Shown in pieces: positions 7,818 through 16,020 of a stretch of DNA of 32,000 nt. The notes below the pieces were generated by a model. The model was not told where the DNA came from. It ran no database searches and saw nothing but the letters and a program-made list of their open reading frames with translations. The position numbers were made by a program, and so were the translations under genes. Location of the stretch: the NCBI RefSeq assembly GCF_001598795.1, contig NZ_BCZP01000014.1:90001-122000 (forward strand), read 5' to 3'. Within the stretch, counting starts at the first letter, position 1; the number at the start of each line of letters is the position of its first letter. Source of the DNA: Delftia acidovorans NBRC 14950. Its GTDB lineage: Bacteria > Pseudomonadota > Gammaproteobacteria > Burkholderiales > Burkholderiaceae_C.

Positions 7818-10292
7818 TCAGAACTGGTATTTGGCCGTCAGCAGCAGCCTGCGCGGCACGCCGAAATAGTTGCCGCCGTTGTTCGTGCCCAGGGTCTCGA
7901 AGTAGCGGCGGTCGAACAGGTTGCTGATGTTCATCTGCAGGTCCAGCTGCCGGTTCACCCGATAGCCGATGACCAGGTCGGCCACGGCATAGGCGGACTG
8001 GCGGATTGCATAGCCTTCGGCGCTGGTCAGCGACTCGGAGGTGGTGCGGCTCTGGTAGCGCAGGCCGCCGCCCACGCGCCATGCGCCCAGCTCGCCGCCC
8101 AGGTGGTACATGGCCGACAGCTTGAGCTGGTGGCGCGGCGTGTAGCTGGCATAGGGCGCGCCCTTGGCGCCTTCGGTGCTGTCGCTGGCGATCTTGGCCT
8201 GGGTGAAGGTATAGCCAAGGCCGGCGTTCAGGCGCGGCAGGATCTCGCCGCTGATGTCCACGTCCAGCCCCTTGCTCTTGACCTTGCCCACCGAGCGGTA
8301 GCAATTGGTCTTCACCGTGCAGGAGTTGATGTCCGCGATGGCCTGGGGCAGGTTGTCCTGCGTGGTGTTGAACACGGCAACGGCCAGGTTCACGCGCTCG
8401 TCCAGGTAGCTGCCCTTGAGGCCCAGTTCGAAGTTGCGGCCCTCCACCGGCGCCAGCATGCTGCCCGAGACATCCAGAAAATCCTGCGGCCGGAAGATGC
8501 TGGTGTAGCTGGCATAGGCTGAGTAGGTCTTGCTGATGTCATAGGTCAGCGCGGCATAGGGCGTGGCATGGGCTTTCTCGCTGAATTCGCGCTCCCGGCT
8601 CCAGCTGCCCTGGCGCTGGACGTTGGTGAAGTCGTACCAGTCCAGGCGCGCGCCGGCGATCAGGTTCAGTGGCTCGGCCAGCAGGAAGCGGCCCGTGGCG
8701 TAGGCCGAGGTCAGCGTGGTCTTCTGGCGGCGCGTCCACAGGTCTTCGGCCAGCAGGCCGGAGCGGTCCAGCGAGTCGGGGTTCCAGGTATAGGGATCGA
8801 CGCCATTGGCGATCAGCCATTCCCCCGTGGGCGACAGGTAGCTGTAGCCCTGGTCGCTCCAGCGGATGGTGCGGCGGCTGACGCCGAAGGCCAGGTCATG
8901 CTCGCGGCCGAACAGGCGCACGGGGCCCTGGGCCGAGGCATCGAGGCTGAGCTGGCGCTTGTCGTAGTCGTACAGGCCGCCGGCCACGTCGTAGCGCGTG
9001 CGGCCCTGGTCGTCCAGGCCGCCCGAGACCAGGTAGGCGCCGTCCAGCGCGGACTTGGCCTGCAGGGCGCGCGCGGCCAGCCTGGCCTTCCAGCCGTTGT
9101 CGAAGCGGTGCTCCAGGTCGGCGAACAGGCTGACCTCCTTCTTGTCCCATTTGCTCCAGGAGGGCGAGAAACGCCTGGATCGCGCAATGTCGAGGAAGGA
9201 GCCATCGAAGCCCATGGGCACGCCCATCCATTGCGAGCCGGGGTTGTCTTCGTTCACATAGGAGCCGCCCACGCTCAGCGTGGTGTCGCGCCCCAGGTCG
9301 AACTCGGCGGTGCCGTACAGCAGCTGGCGGCGGCTGCTATAGCCATCAATGAAGTGGTCGCGCGACTGGGCCGAGGCCACCATACGCCCGCGCGCCGAGC
9401 CGTCCTCGTTGAGGGCGCCGCCCACATCGACCTCGCCCACGGCCTGGTTCCAGCTGCCGCCGCGCAGGGTGACCGAGCGCTGGGTGGTGCGCGGCGCGCG
9501 CTTGCGCACGAAGTTGATGGTGCCCGAAGGGTCGCCCACGCCCGTCATCAGCCCCGTGGGGCCGCGCACCACTTCCACGTGGTCGTACATGGCCATGGTG
9601 TCGTAGGTGGAGGTGTCGGTTTCATACGAGACGGGCACGCCGTCCTGCAGGAAGGAGCCGATCACGAACCCGCGCGAGAAATAGCGCGCCCGGTCGTCGC
9701 TCCAGCGGTTGATGGTGATGCCGGTGGCGCTGTTGGCCACGTCGTCGATGGACAGCATGCCCTGGTCGTCCATCTTCTGGCGCGTGACCACGGTGAGGGA
9801 CTGGGGCGTCTCGCGGATGGACAGCGGCAGCTTGGTCGAGGTGCTCATCAGCCCCGTGGTGTAGGAGCCCGAGCCCTCGGTGGTCGTGGTCTCGCCCACG
9901 GCGGAGACCGTGACTTCGGGCAGGGCCACGGTGCCGGCGGGCTTTTCCACCACCAGCGTGCCCTGGCTCACATGGCCTTCCAGCCCGCTGCCGCGCAGCA
10001 GCCGGGCCACGGCGGCGGCGGTGCTCAGGCGCCCTTCCACGGCGGGCGCACGGCGGCCCTGTACCAGTTCAGGCGCGGCCAGCAGCTGCAGGCCAGCCTG
10101 GCGGGCCAGTTGGGCCAGCGCCTGGTCCAGCGGCTGGGCGGGAATGTGGAAGTCGGTGCTGGCGGCCGTGGCTGTGGCCGGTGCCGCCTGGGCCAGAGCG
10201 GCTGGAGACAGCTGCAGGGCCAGCAGCGCGATGCCCGCGGCAACGGCATGGTGGCGGGCAAGGCGGGAAGGCTTGGAGGGGAATGAAGGCAT
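7818..10292 (-). CDS. TonB-dependent siderophore receptor/transducer with N-terminal STN signalling domain (FecA/FpvA-type)
   Basis: The track ORF 7818..10562 was trimmed to MPSFPSKPSRLARHHAVAAGIALLALQLSPAALAQA, which is a signal peptide. This is followed by the STN-like FHIPAQPLDQALAQLARQAGLQLL..VEGRLSTAAAVARLLRGSGLEGHV, then the plug (PQSLTVVTRQKMDDQG) and a beta-barrel ending ..LLLTAKYQF. Confidence 0.85.
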   Translation of the reverse strand: MPSFPSKPSRLARHHAVAAGIALLALQLSPAALAQAAPATATAASTDFHIPAQPLDQALAQLARQAGLQLLAAPELVQGRRAPAVEGRLSTAAAVARLLRGSGLEGHVSQGTLVVEKPAGTVALPEVTVSAVGETTTTEGSGSYTTGLMSTSTKLPLSIRETPQSLTVVTRQKMDDQGMLSIDDVANSATGITINRWSDDRARYFSRGFVIGSFLQDGVPVSYETDTSTYDTMAMYDHVEVVRGPTGLMTGVGDPSGTINFVRKRAPRTTQRSVTLRGGSWNQAVGEVDVGGALNEDGSARGRMVASAQSRDHFIDGYSSRRQLLYGTAEFDLGRDTTLSVGGSYVNEDNPGSQWMGVPMGFDGSFLDIARSRRFSPSWSKWDKKEVSLFADLEHRFDNGWKARLAARALQAKSALDGAYLVSGGLDDQGRTRYDVAGGLYDYDKRQLSLDASAQGPVRLFGREHDLAFGVSRRTIRWSDQGYSYLSPTGEWLIANGVDPYTWNPDSLDRSGLLAEDLWTRRQKTTLTSAYATGRFLLAEPLNLIAGARLDWYDFTNVQRQGSWSREREFSEKAHATPYAALTYDISKTYSAYASYTSIFRPQDFLDVSGSMLAPVEGRNFELGLKGSYLDERVNLAVAVFNTTQDNLPQAIADINSCTVKTNCYRSVGKVKSKGLDVDISGEILPRLNAGLGYTFTQAKIASDSTEGAKGAPYASYTPRHQLKLSAMYHLGGELGAWRVGGGLRYQSRTTSESLTSAEGYAIRQSAYAVADLVIGYRVNRQLDLQMNISNLFDRRYFETLGTNNGGNYFGVPRRLLLTAKYQF

Positions 10293-10446
10293 GGAAGGTC
10301 CCGTGGCGGATCTGGGCAATGGCGATTCCCGGGCTGCGAATGCGTCGCGTTCCCGGGTCCTCATGCCTATACGAACGGGCGCAGACATTCCCTCACGCCT
10401 GGTGCGCATGCGCCGTGCATTCCGGGGCCATGGGCGCATCAGCGCA

Positions 10447-11757
10447 TCAGCTGCGGCGGCGGATGACCAGGGTGCGCCCGGTTCCCGGGCCCTGTTCCTC
10501 TTCCTGCACGCTGACCGGCAGGGTGCGCGGGAGCATGCGCAGCCAGCCCTGGGCCGCCGCAATGCGCACGCGCCCCAGCACGGGCAGGGCGGCGGCGTCG
10601 GGCTCCACGCGCAGTGGCTGCAGGCTGTAGCGCTCCAGGCGCCGGGCTACCTCGGCCAGCGGCGTGTTCTGGAAGTCCAGCCAGCCTTCGCGCCAGGCGG
10701 CCACAGCCGCAACCGTTTGCACGGCGGCCGTCTGGCCTGGCGCCAGGCGCAGCATCTGGCCTGCACCCAGTTCATGCCGGGCGCCGCTGCCGTCGCGCAC
10801 CTGCACGCGGCCCGCATCGACGGCGACCAGCACCGCATCGTCCTCCAGCGCCACCTCGAAGCGCGTGCCCAGCACGGTGACCTGTACGTCCGCCGCCTGG
10901 ACCACGAAGGGCCGTTCCGTGTCGCGCGCCACGGCGAAGAAGGCGCTGCCGGCCAGCAGCCGCACCTGGCGGCGCGTGGCGTAGAAGTCCACCTCGGCAC
11001 GGCTGGCGGCGTCCAGCGTCAAGCTGCTGCCGTCGGGCAGGGGCTGGTTCAGCAGGCGGCCGGTGGCCGTGGCCAGTCGCACCTGGTACTGCGGCATCCA
11101 CTGGCGCCAGGCCAGCCACATCGCCGGGCTGCCGACACCCAGGCCCGCCATCCCCAGCAGGGTGGACAGGGCGCGGCGGCGGCCCGTGCGTGGTGCGGGT
11201 GCGGCGGTGTCTCCGCGCCAGCGGCGCAGCGAGGCTTCCAAGCTGTCCATGGCGCGCATGACCTCGCGTTCCACGGTTTTGACCGAGACGCCGTGGCGCT
11301 TGGCCAGCTCGGCATGCGAGGCGCCCTCGATCCGGTCGGCCAGGAAGATGTCGCGGCAGCGCGCGGGCAACTGCGCCAGGGCGCCTTCGACCCCGGCCAG
11401 GGCCTGGCGGTAGGAATGGGTGTCGGCCACATCGGGGCTGAGGGGGGAGGGCGGCTCGCCTTCCCTCGCGCTGGTGTCAAAGCGCTCGGCCGTGCGCTGG
11501 CCATGGCGCAGGTGGTCGATGGCGATGTTCTCCATCACCGCGTAGAGATAGGCGCGGCTGGCGCCTGGCGGACTGTCCGGCGCGGCGGGCGCATCGCTTT
11601 CGCCGCGCTGGCGTTCGGCCAGGCGTATCCAGGCGTCATGCACCAGGTCACGCGCGGCCTGCGGGCCGGCGCGGCGCGCCACGAAGCGCACCAGCTCGTG
11701 GTAGCTGTCCTGGAAGGTGCTCAGCAGGGAAGAAGAGGAAGAGGCGGGCGCAGGCAT
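10447..11757 (-). CDS. Single-polypeptide ECF sigma factor / FecR-type anti-sigma hybrid (IutY-like cell-surface-signalling regulator)
   Basis: 436-aa ORF. The N-terminal half has sigma-70 region 2 (ARDLVHDAWIRLAER..YLYAVMENIAIDHLR) and region 4 (LPARCRDIFLADRIEGASHAELAKRHGVSVKTVEREVMRAM). One TM segment follows (ALSTLLGMAGLGVGSPAMWLAW). After it come a periplasmic FecR domain (LPDGSSLTLDAASRAEVDF..FFAVARDTERPFVVQAADVQVTVLGTRFEV) and a C-terminal WREGWLDFQNTPLAEVARRLERY module. Confidence 0.8.
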   Translation of the reverse strand: MPAPASSSSSLLSTFQDSYHELVRFVARRAGPQAARDLVHDAWIRLAERQRGESDAPAAPDSPPGASRAYLYAVMENIAIDHLRHGQRTAERFDTSAREGEPPSPLSPDVADTHSYRQALAGVEGALAQLPARCRDIFLADRIEGASHAELAKRHGVSVKTVEREVMRAMDSLEASLRRWRGDTAAPAPRTGRRRALSTLLGMAGLGVGSPAMWLAWRQWMPQYQVRLATATGRLLNQPLPDGSSLTLDAASRAEVDFYATRRQVRLLAGSAFFAVARDTERPFVVQAADVQVTVLGTRFEVALEDDAVLVAVDAGRVQVRDGSGARHELGAGQMLRLAPGQTAAVQTVAAVAAWREGWLDFQNTPLAEVARRLERYSLQPLRVEPDAAALPVLGRVRIAAAQGWLRMLPRTLPVSVQEEEQGPGTGRTLVIRRRS

Positions 11758-11790
11758 GCGGGAGGCCCGAAGGCAGCACGGGAATCCCGC

Positions 11791-11815
11791 ATTCTATGAA
11801 ATGATTCTCATTTGC
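11791..11815 (-). promoter_or_regulatory. Fur box overlapping a -10-like TAGAAT, upstream of the sigma/anti-sigma hybrid gene
   Basis: The minus strand reads GCAAATGAGAATCATTTCA then TAGAAT. The 19-mer matches GATAATGATAATCATTATC at 13/19 positions by hand alignment, and the core AATGAgAATCATT matches 12/13. It lies 40-58 nt upstream of the ATG at 11757. Confidence 0.55.
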
Positions 11816-11852
11816 CGAATGTGCTGCCCGCCGCGCACCGGGCAATGCCGGC

Positions 11853-12596
11853 CTAGAACCGCTCCCAGGGCATCAGGTAGCGCCACTGGCCTTCGGGCAC
11901 CTTGGCCAGAGAGAGGCGGCCAATGCGCAGGCGGCGCAGGCTGACCACGCGCAGGCCCACTTCGGTGCACATGGCGTCGATCTCGTCGGGCGCGATGCCC
12001 TTGAGCGCAAAGCGCAGGTGGTTCTCGTTCTGCCAGCTCACGCGGCAGGGCGGCAGCTGGCGCTTGCCGATCGGCAGGCCGGCCTTCATCAGCTCCAGGC
12101 CGTCCTCGTGGATCTGGCCCTCGACGCCGACGATGCATTCCTGCTCCAGCCACATGCCTTCCTCCCCCAGCTTGCGCGCCACGCGCTTGTCCTGGGTGTA
12201 GACGATGAGGCCGCTGGCAGGCAGCGGCAGGGGCAAAAAGGACTCGAGGTTCTTGAAGTGCTGGGCCAGCACCAGCAGCGGCATGGGCGTGTCCACCTTG
12301 GCCATGCTGGCTTCGCCCAGCAGGGAGTGCGCGCTGCGCACCCGGCCATAGGGCCGGCCCTGGGTGTAGCCCGCAGGCTTGTTCATCAGCAGGGTGACGG
12401 GCGGCACGGCCTCGGGCTGGGCGCCGCTGCGCAGCGTGACCTGCTGCTCGGGGCGCACGCGCGTCTCGGGCAGTTGCACGACCTTGCCGTCCACCTGGAC
12501 GTTGCCGGCGGTGATATGCAGTTCGGCCTCGCGGCGCGAGCATTGTTCCTGTTCGGCCAGGCGCTTGGCCAGGCGAACGCTTTCAGATTCAGACAT
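11853..12596 (-). CDS. RsuA/RluF-like pseudouridine synthase homolog with S4 domain, catalytic motifs degenerate
   Basis: 247-aa ORF. It has an S4-like N-terminus (VRLAKRLAEQEQCSRREAELHITAGNVQVDGKVV) and the LLMNKPAGY block. The position of the GRLD catalytic motif reads FLPLPLPASGLIVYTQD, and the GRYHQ(V/I)(K/R)R block reads GIAPDEIDAM. Confidence 0.7.
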   Translation of the reverse strand: MSESESVRLAKRLAEQEQCSRREAELHITAGNVQVDGKVVQLPETRVRPEQQVTLRSGAQPEAVPPVTLLMNKPAGYTQGRPYGRVRSAHSLLGEASMAKVDTPMPLLVLAQHFKNLESFLPLPLPASGLIVYTQDKRVARKLGEEGMWLEQECIVGVEGQIHEDGLELMKAGLPIGKRQLPPCRVSWQNENHLRFALKGIAPDEIDAMCTEVGLRVVSLRRLRIGRLSLAKVPEGQWRYLMPWERF

Positions 12597-12649
12597 GCGC
12601 GCAGCTTAACCAGATACCAGGCCCCGCGCGCGTCGTCGGTCATTGCCGG

Positions 12650-14320
12650 TCATTGCCGCCCGCACAGCGCACGGATGCGCTCCACATGCGCCAGCAGCGA
12701 GCGCTCGGCAATCGGCCACAGCTGCGGCGGGGCGTCGTCATAGGCCAGCCGCACCCAGTCCTGCACGCTGCCGTCGGGCTGTTTTTGCATGGCGGCCAGC
12801 ACCTTGGCCTCGCGCGCCAGCCGGTGGGCCTTGAGCTTGGCGATCGCCTGGCGCGCAAAGCCCAGCACATAGCCATGGGCCGGCAGGATGAAGCGCGCAT
12901 CGTGCGCGGCGCACAGCGCGTCGAGCCTGTCCAGCGAATCGATGTAGTCGCGCATGTTGCCGTCAGGCGGATCGATGATGGTGGTGCTGCCATTGAGGAT
13001 GTGGTCGCCGCTGAACAGCAGGGCGTCTTCCTCCAGCACAAAGCACACATGGTTGGCCGCATGGCCGGGCGTGAACACGGCCTGCAGGGTGTGGGTGGTG
13101 CCACTTTGCGCATCCTGCAGCACGATGCGCTGGCCGTCGGTCAGTGCGTAGTCGGGCGTGAAGCGGCTGGCCGGCCGGGCCGTGGGCGCCGAGGGCAGGC
13201 CGCCAATGGCGGGCCTGGGCCTGCCGGCCTGCACCGCCAGCGCCTGCAGCAGCGCGGCGCCCGGCGAGTGGTCGGCATGGGAATGCGTGCACAGGATGTG
13301 GCGTATGTCGCCGCCCGCCGCATCGAACAGGCGCTGCACATGGGCGGCGTCGGCCGGGCCGGGGTCGATGGCGGCGTAGCCCGTGGCGGCATCGCCCACC
13401 AGATAGCTGTTGGTGCCGGGGCCGGTCATCACGCCGGGGTTGGGTGCCGTCAGGCGCAGCAGGTTCTTGCGCAGTGGCACGGCGCGCTCGCTCTGCCAGT
13501 CCAGCGTGTGCAGGATCTGGCCGTCCGGGCAGACCATTTCCAGCTCGCCGAAGGGGGCCTCGTCCTCCATGTGGCGGGCTTCCTTGCCATTGAGAAAGCC
13601 GGTGCGCGGGCAGCACTGCCACAGCGGCTGCTCGCCTTGCAGGGCGGCGAACACGGCTTCGGTGCCCGTGAAGCGGCTGAGCCGGTCCAGCGTGCGGATG
13701 GTGGGGAAGATCATGGGAAAGCTGCCCGCGCGGTGGCGCTCCAGCGCTTCCTGTGGGCGCACCCAGATGGGCTCGAACTGTTCCGACCCGTCGGCGTCGG
13801 GTTCCTGGTCTTCGGGCATGCGCGCCACGAAGAAGGGCACATCGAAGCGCCGGGGCTGGTCGCGGTCGGCCGTCCAGTGGGCCAGGTACCACAGCGCATC
13901 CACGGCCAGGCGCAGGCCGCGTGCCTCGCACTGGGGCACCAGCGGCGCCTTGCGGTCCAGCGTGGCCAGTTCGGCGGCAGATACCGGTCGGCCCTGGGCG
14001 TCGTGGGCCAGCAAAATGCCCAGTTCCTCGAAGGTCTCGCGCAGGCCGGCGATGGCCTGGGTGATGCGCAGTCCGTCGCCGGCCTGGGCCGGGCGGGTGC
14101 TGGCGCGGGCATGGGCGGCCTCGGCCGCGTCCTGGGCCTCGATGCCGCCGCCCGGGAAGACATAGGCGCTGGGCACGAAGCTGGCCTTGGGCGAGCGCCG
14201 AGTCATCAGCACCTCCAGCCCCTGGCCATCGGCGCGGTCGCGCAGCAGCAGGACGGTGGAGGCCTTGAGCGTGTCTACGGGCTGGCGCTGGGGGTGCAGG
14301 AGCTGGCTGGGGCGGGTCAT
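12650..14320 (-). CDS. Nudix-like domain fused to an MBL-fold metallo-hydrolase
   Basis: The track ORF 12650..14665 was trimmed to MTRPSQLLHPQRQPV. The N-terminus has VFPGGGIEAQD ... AIAGLRETFEELGILLA, a Nudix box REUxEExGU. The C-terminus has the MBL motif ILCTHSHADHSPG and later FTPGHAANHVCF. About 556 aa. Confidence 0.75.
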   Translation of the reverse strand: MTRPSQLLHPQRQPVDTLKASTVLLLRDRADGQGLEVLMTRRSPKASFVPSAYVFPGGGIEAQDAAEAAHARASTRPAQAGDGLRITQAIAGLRETFEELGILLAHDAQGRPVSAAELATLDRKAPLVPQCEARGLRLAVDALWYLAHWTADRDQPRRFDVPFFVARMPEDQEPDADGSEQFEPIWVRPQEALERHRAGSFPMIFPTIRTLDRLSRFTGTEAVFAALQGEQPLWQCCPRTGFLNGKEARHMEDEAPFGELEMVCPDGQILHTLDWQSERAVPLRKNLLRLTAPNPGVMTGPGTNSYLVGDAATGYAAIDPGPADAAHVQRLFDAAGGDIRHILCTHSHADHSPGAALLQALAVQAGRPRPAIGGLPSAPTARPASRFTPDYALTDGQRIVLQDAQSGTTHTLQAVFTPGHAANHVCFVLEEDALLFSGDHILNGSTTIIDPPDGNMRDYIDSLDRLDALCAAHDARFILPAHGYVLGFARQAIAKLKAHRLAREAKVLAAMQKQPDGSVQDWVRLAYDDAPPQLWPIAERSLLAHVERIRALCGRQ

Positions 14321-14435
14321 GGGGGCATTATGCGGATTGGCCCGCCCGCCGCTGTTGCGCAAGAGACGCAAGTACTGCTGCGGGGCATGGCCCCGGATTG
14401 CGCCATGAGGCTGCCGTGCAGGGGATAATCGCCGG

Positions 14436-15296
14436 ATGCAGATCCGCTTTACCAAGATGCAGGGCGCTGGCAACGATTTCGTGGTTCTCGACGAAACCGC
14501 CGGCCCGCTGGGCCTGAGCGCAGCCCAGTACCGCTTCCTGGCCCATCGCCAATTCGGCGTGGGCGCCGACCAGATCCTCACGGTGCGGCCCTCGCCCGCC
14601 GAAGGCATCGATTTCGAATATGTGATCCACAACGCCGACGGCGGAGAGGTCGAGCAGTGCGGCAACGGCGCGCGCTGCTTTGCGCGCTATGTGCACGACA
14701 AGGGCCTGACCGGCAAGTCCGTCATCCGCGTGCAGACGCTGGCCGGCCTCATTGCTCCCGAGCTGCATGCCGATGGCCGCGTCACCGTGGACATGGGCCA
14801 GCCCGTGCTGGAGCCCTCCCTGGTGCCCTTCAATAGTGCAGACCTTGTGCCCCGCCCGCTGGGTGCGGCGCAGCAATGGCCCCTGCAGCTAGGCGACGAG
14901 GCCACGGTCTGGATCGCCCCCGTTTCCATGGGCAACCCGCATGCGGTGCAACTGGTGGACGATGTGGACCATGCCCCCGTGGCCACCTGGGGCCCGCTGA
15001 TCGAGCGCCATGCGCGCTTTCCCCAGCGCGTCAATGCGGGATTCATGCAGATCGTCGATCGCGGCCAGATCCGGCTGCGTGTTTACGAGCGCGGTGCCGG
15101 CGAGACGCTGGCCTGCGGCACGGGCGCCTGCGCGGCCGTGGTGGCCGGCATTCGCTGGGGGCTGCTCGACGCGCGCGTCGATGTGCACACCCGCGGCGGC
15201 CGGCTGACCATCGAGTGGGACGGCGGCGCAGTGCGCATGACCGGCCCCGCAGAGTTTGTTTTTGAAGGACAGATCGAGGTTCCCGACCAGCCATGA
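14436..15296 (+). CDS. dapF: Diaminopimelate epimerase
   Basis: [20 protein letters not shown]..., [13 protein letters not shown] and [11 protein letters not shown] contain the two catalytic Cys motifs. 286 aa. Confidence 0.92.
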   Translation: MQIRFTKMQGAGNDFVVLDETAGPLGLSAAQYRFLAHRQFGVGADQILTVRPSPAEGIDFEYVIHNADGGEVEQCGNGARCFARYVHDKGLTGKSVIRVQTLAGLIAPELHADGRVTVDMGQPVLEPSLVPFNSADLVPRPLGAAQQWPLQLGDEATVWIAPVSMGNPHAVQLVDDVDHAPVATWGPLIERHARFPQRVNAGFMQIVDRGQIRLRVYERGAGETLACGTGACAAVVAGIRWGLLDARVDVHTRGGRLTIEWDGGAVRMTGPAEFVFEGQIEVPDQP

Positions 15297-16006
15297 ACAG
15301 CACTACCGATATCGCCGTCACCGAAGAGACGATTGCCGACTACCTGCTGAACCATCCGGAATTCTTCGAGCGCCACGCCGAGATGCTCGCGCGTGTGCAG
15401 CTGGTCAGCAGCCACAGCCCGCGTACCGTCAGCCTGCAGGAACGCCAGGCCGAGATGCTGCGCGAGAAGATCAAGGGCCTGGAGCACCGCATCATGGACA
15501 TGATGCGCCACAGCAGCGAGAACGCCTCCATCGGCGACAAGCTGCATGCCTGGAGCTGCGCCCTGGCCAAGGTCCAGGACCTGCGCGAGCTGCCCCACGC
15601 GCTCACGGCCAGCCTGCAGCATGTCTTCGAGGTGCCCCAGGTGGCCCTGCGCCTGTGGAACGTCTCCGGCGCCCAGACCAGCAGCATCTACACCATGGGC
15701 GTCAGCGAGGACGCCAAGTCCTTCGCGGCGTCGCTGACCATGCCGTTTTGCGGCCCCAACATGGGCTTCGAGCCCGGCGGCTGGCTGGTCGATCCCGATG
15801 CGGCCCAGTCCCTGGCCCTGCTCACGCTGCATGACGGCGACAGCATCAACCCCGCCAATGCCTTCGGCATGCTGGTGCTGGGGTCTCCCGATCCGCTGCG
15901 CTTCGAGGCCACCATGGGCACGGAATTCCTCTCGCGCATCTCGGCGCTGGCCAGCGCTGCCCTGTCGCGCATGCGGCCCGTGCCGCTGACCCTGGCGCGC
16001 GGCTGA
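15293..16006 (+). CDS. DUF484 (YigA-like, GAF-related) protein
   Basis: ATGA overlap with dapF. The N-terminus [27 protein letters not shown] is typical of DUF484. The classical dapF-DUF484-xerC synteny is present. Confidence 0.75.
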   Translation: MNSTTDIAVTEETIADYLLNHPEFFERHAEMLARVQLVSSHSPRTVSLQERQAEMLREKIKGLEHRIMDMMRHSSENASIGDKLHAWSCALAKVQDLRELPHALTASLQHVFEVPQVALRLWNVSGAQTSSIYTMGVSEDAKSFAASLTMPFCGPNMGFEPGGWLVDPDAAQSLALLTLHDGDSINPANAFGMLVLGSPDPLRFEATMGTEFLSRISALASAALSRMRPVPLTLARG

Positions 16007-16020
16007 CCGGCTGAAAGCCC

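Noticed and set aside
10293-10446. An ECF-type promoter for the receptor gene, using GGAAT motifs and CGT-containing -10 candidates.
   Set aside because: The candidate -35/-10 pairs have spacings of about 13 or 21 nt, or sit too close to the ATG. None fits the 16-17 nt ECF architecture, so no promoter feature was called.
12638-12657. A perfect 10-bp tandem duplication, GGTCATTGCC GGTCATTGCC, spanning the stop codon of the Nudix-MBL gene.
   Set aside because: It is real in the sequence but tiny. It is most simply a slippage duplication at a gene end with no predicted functional consequence, since the stop codon is preserved.
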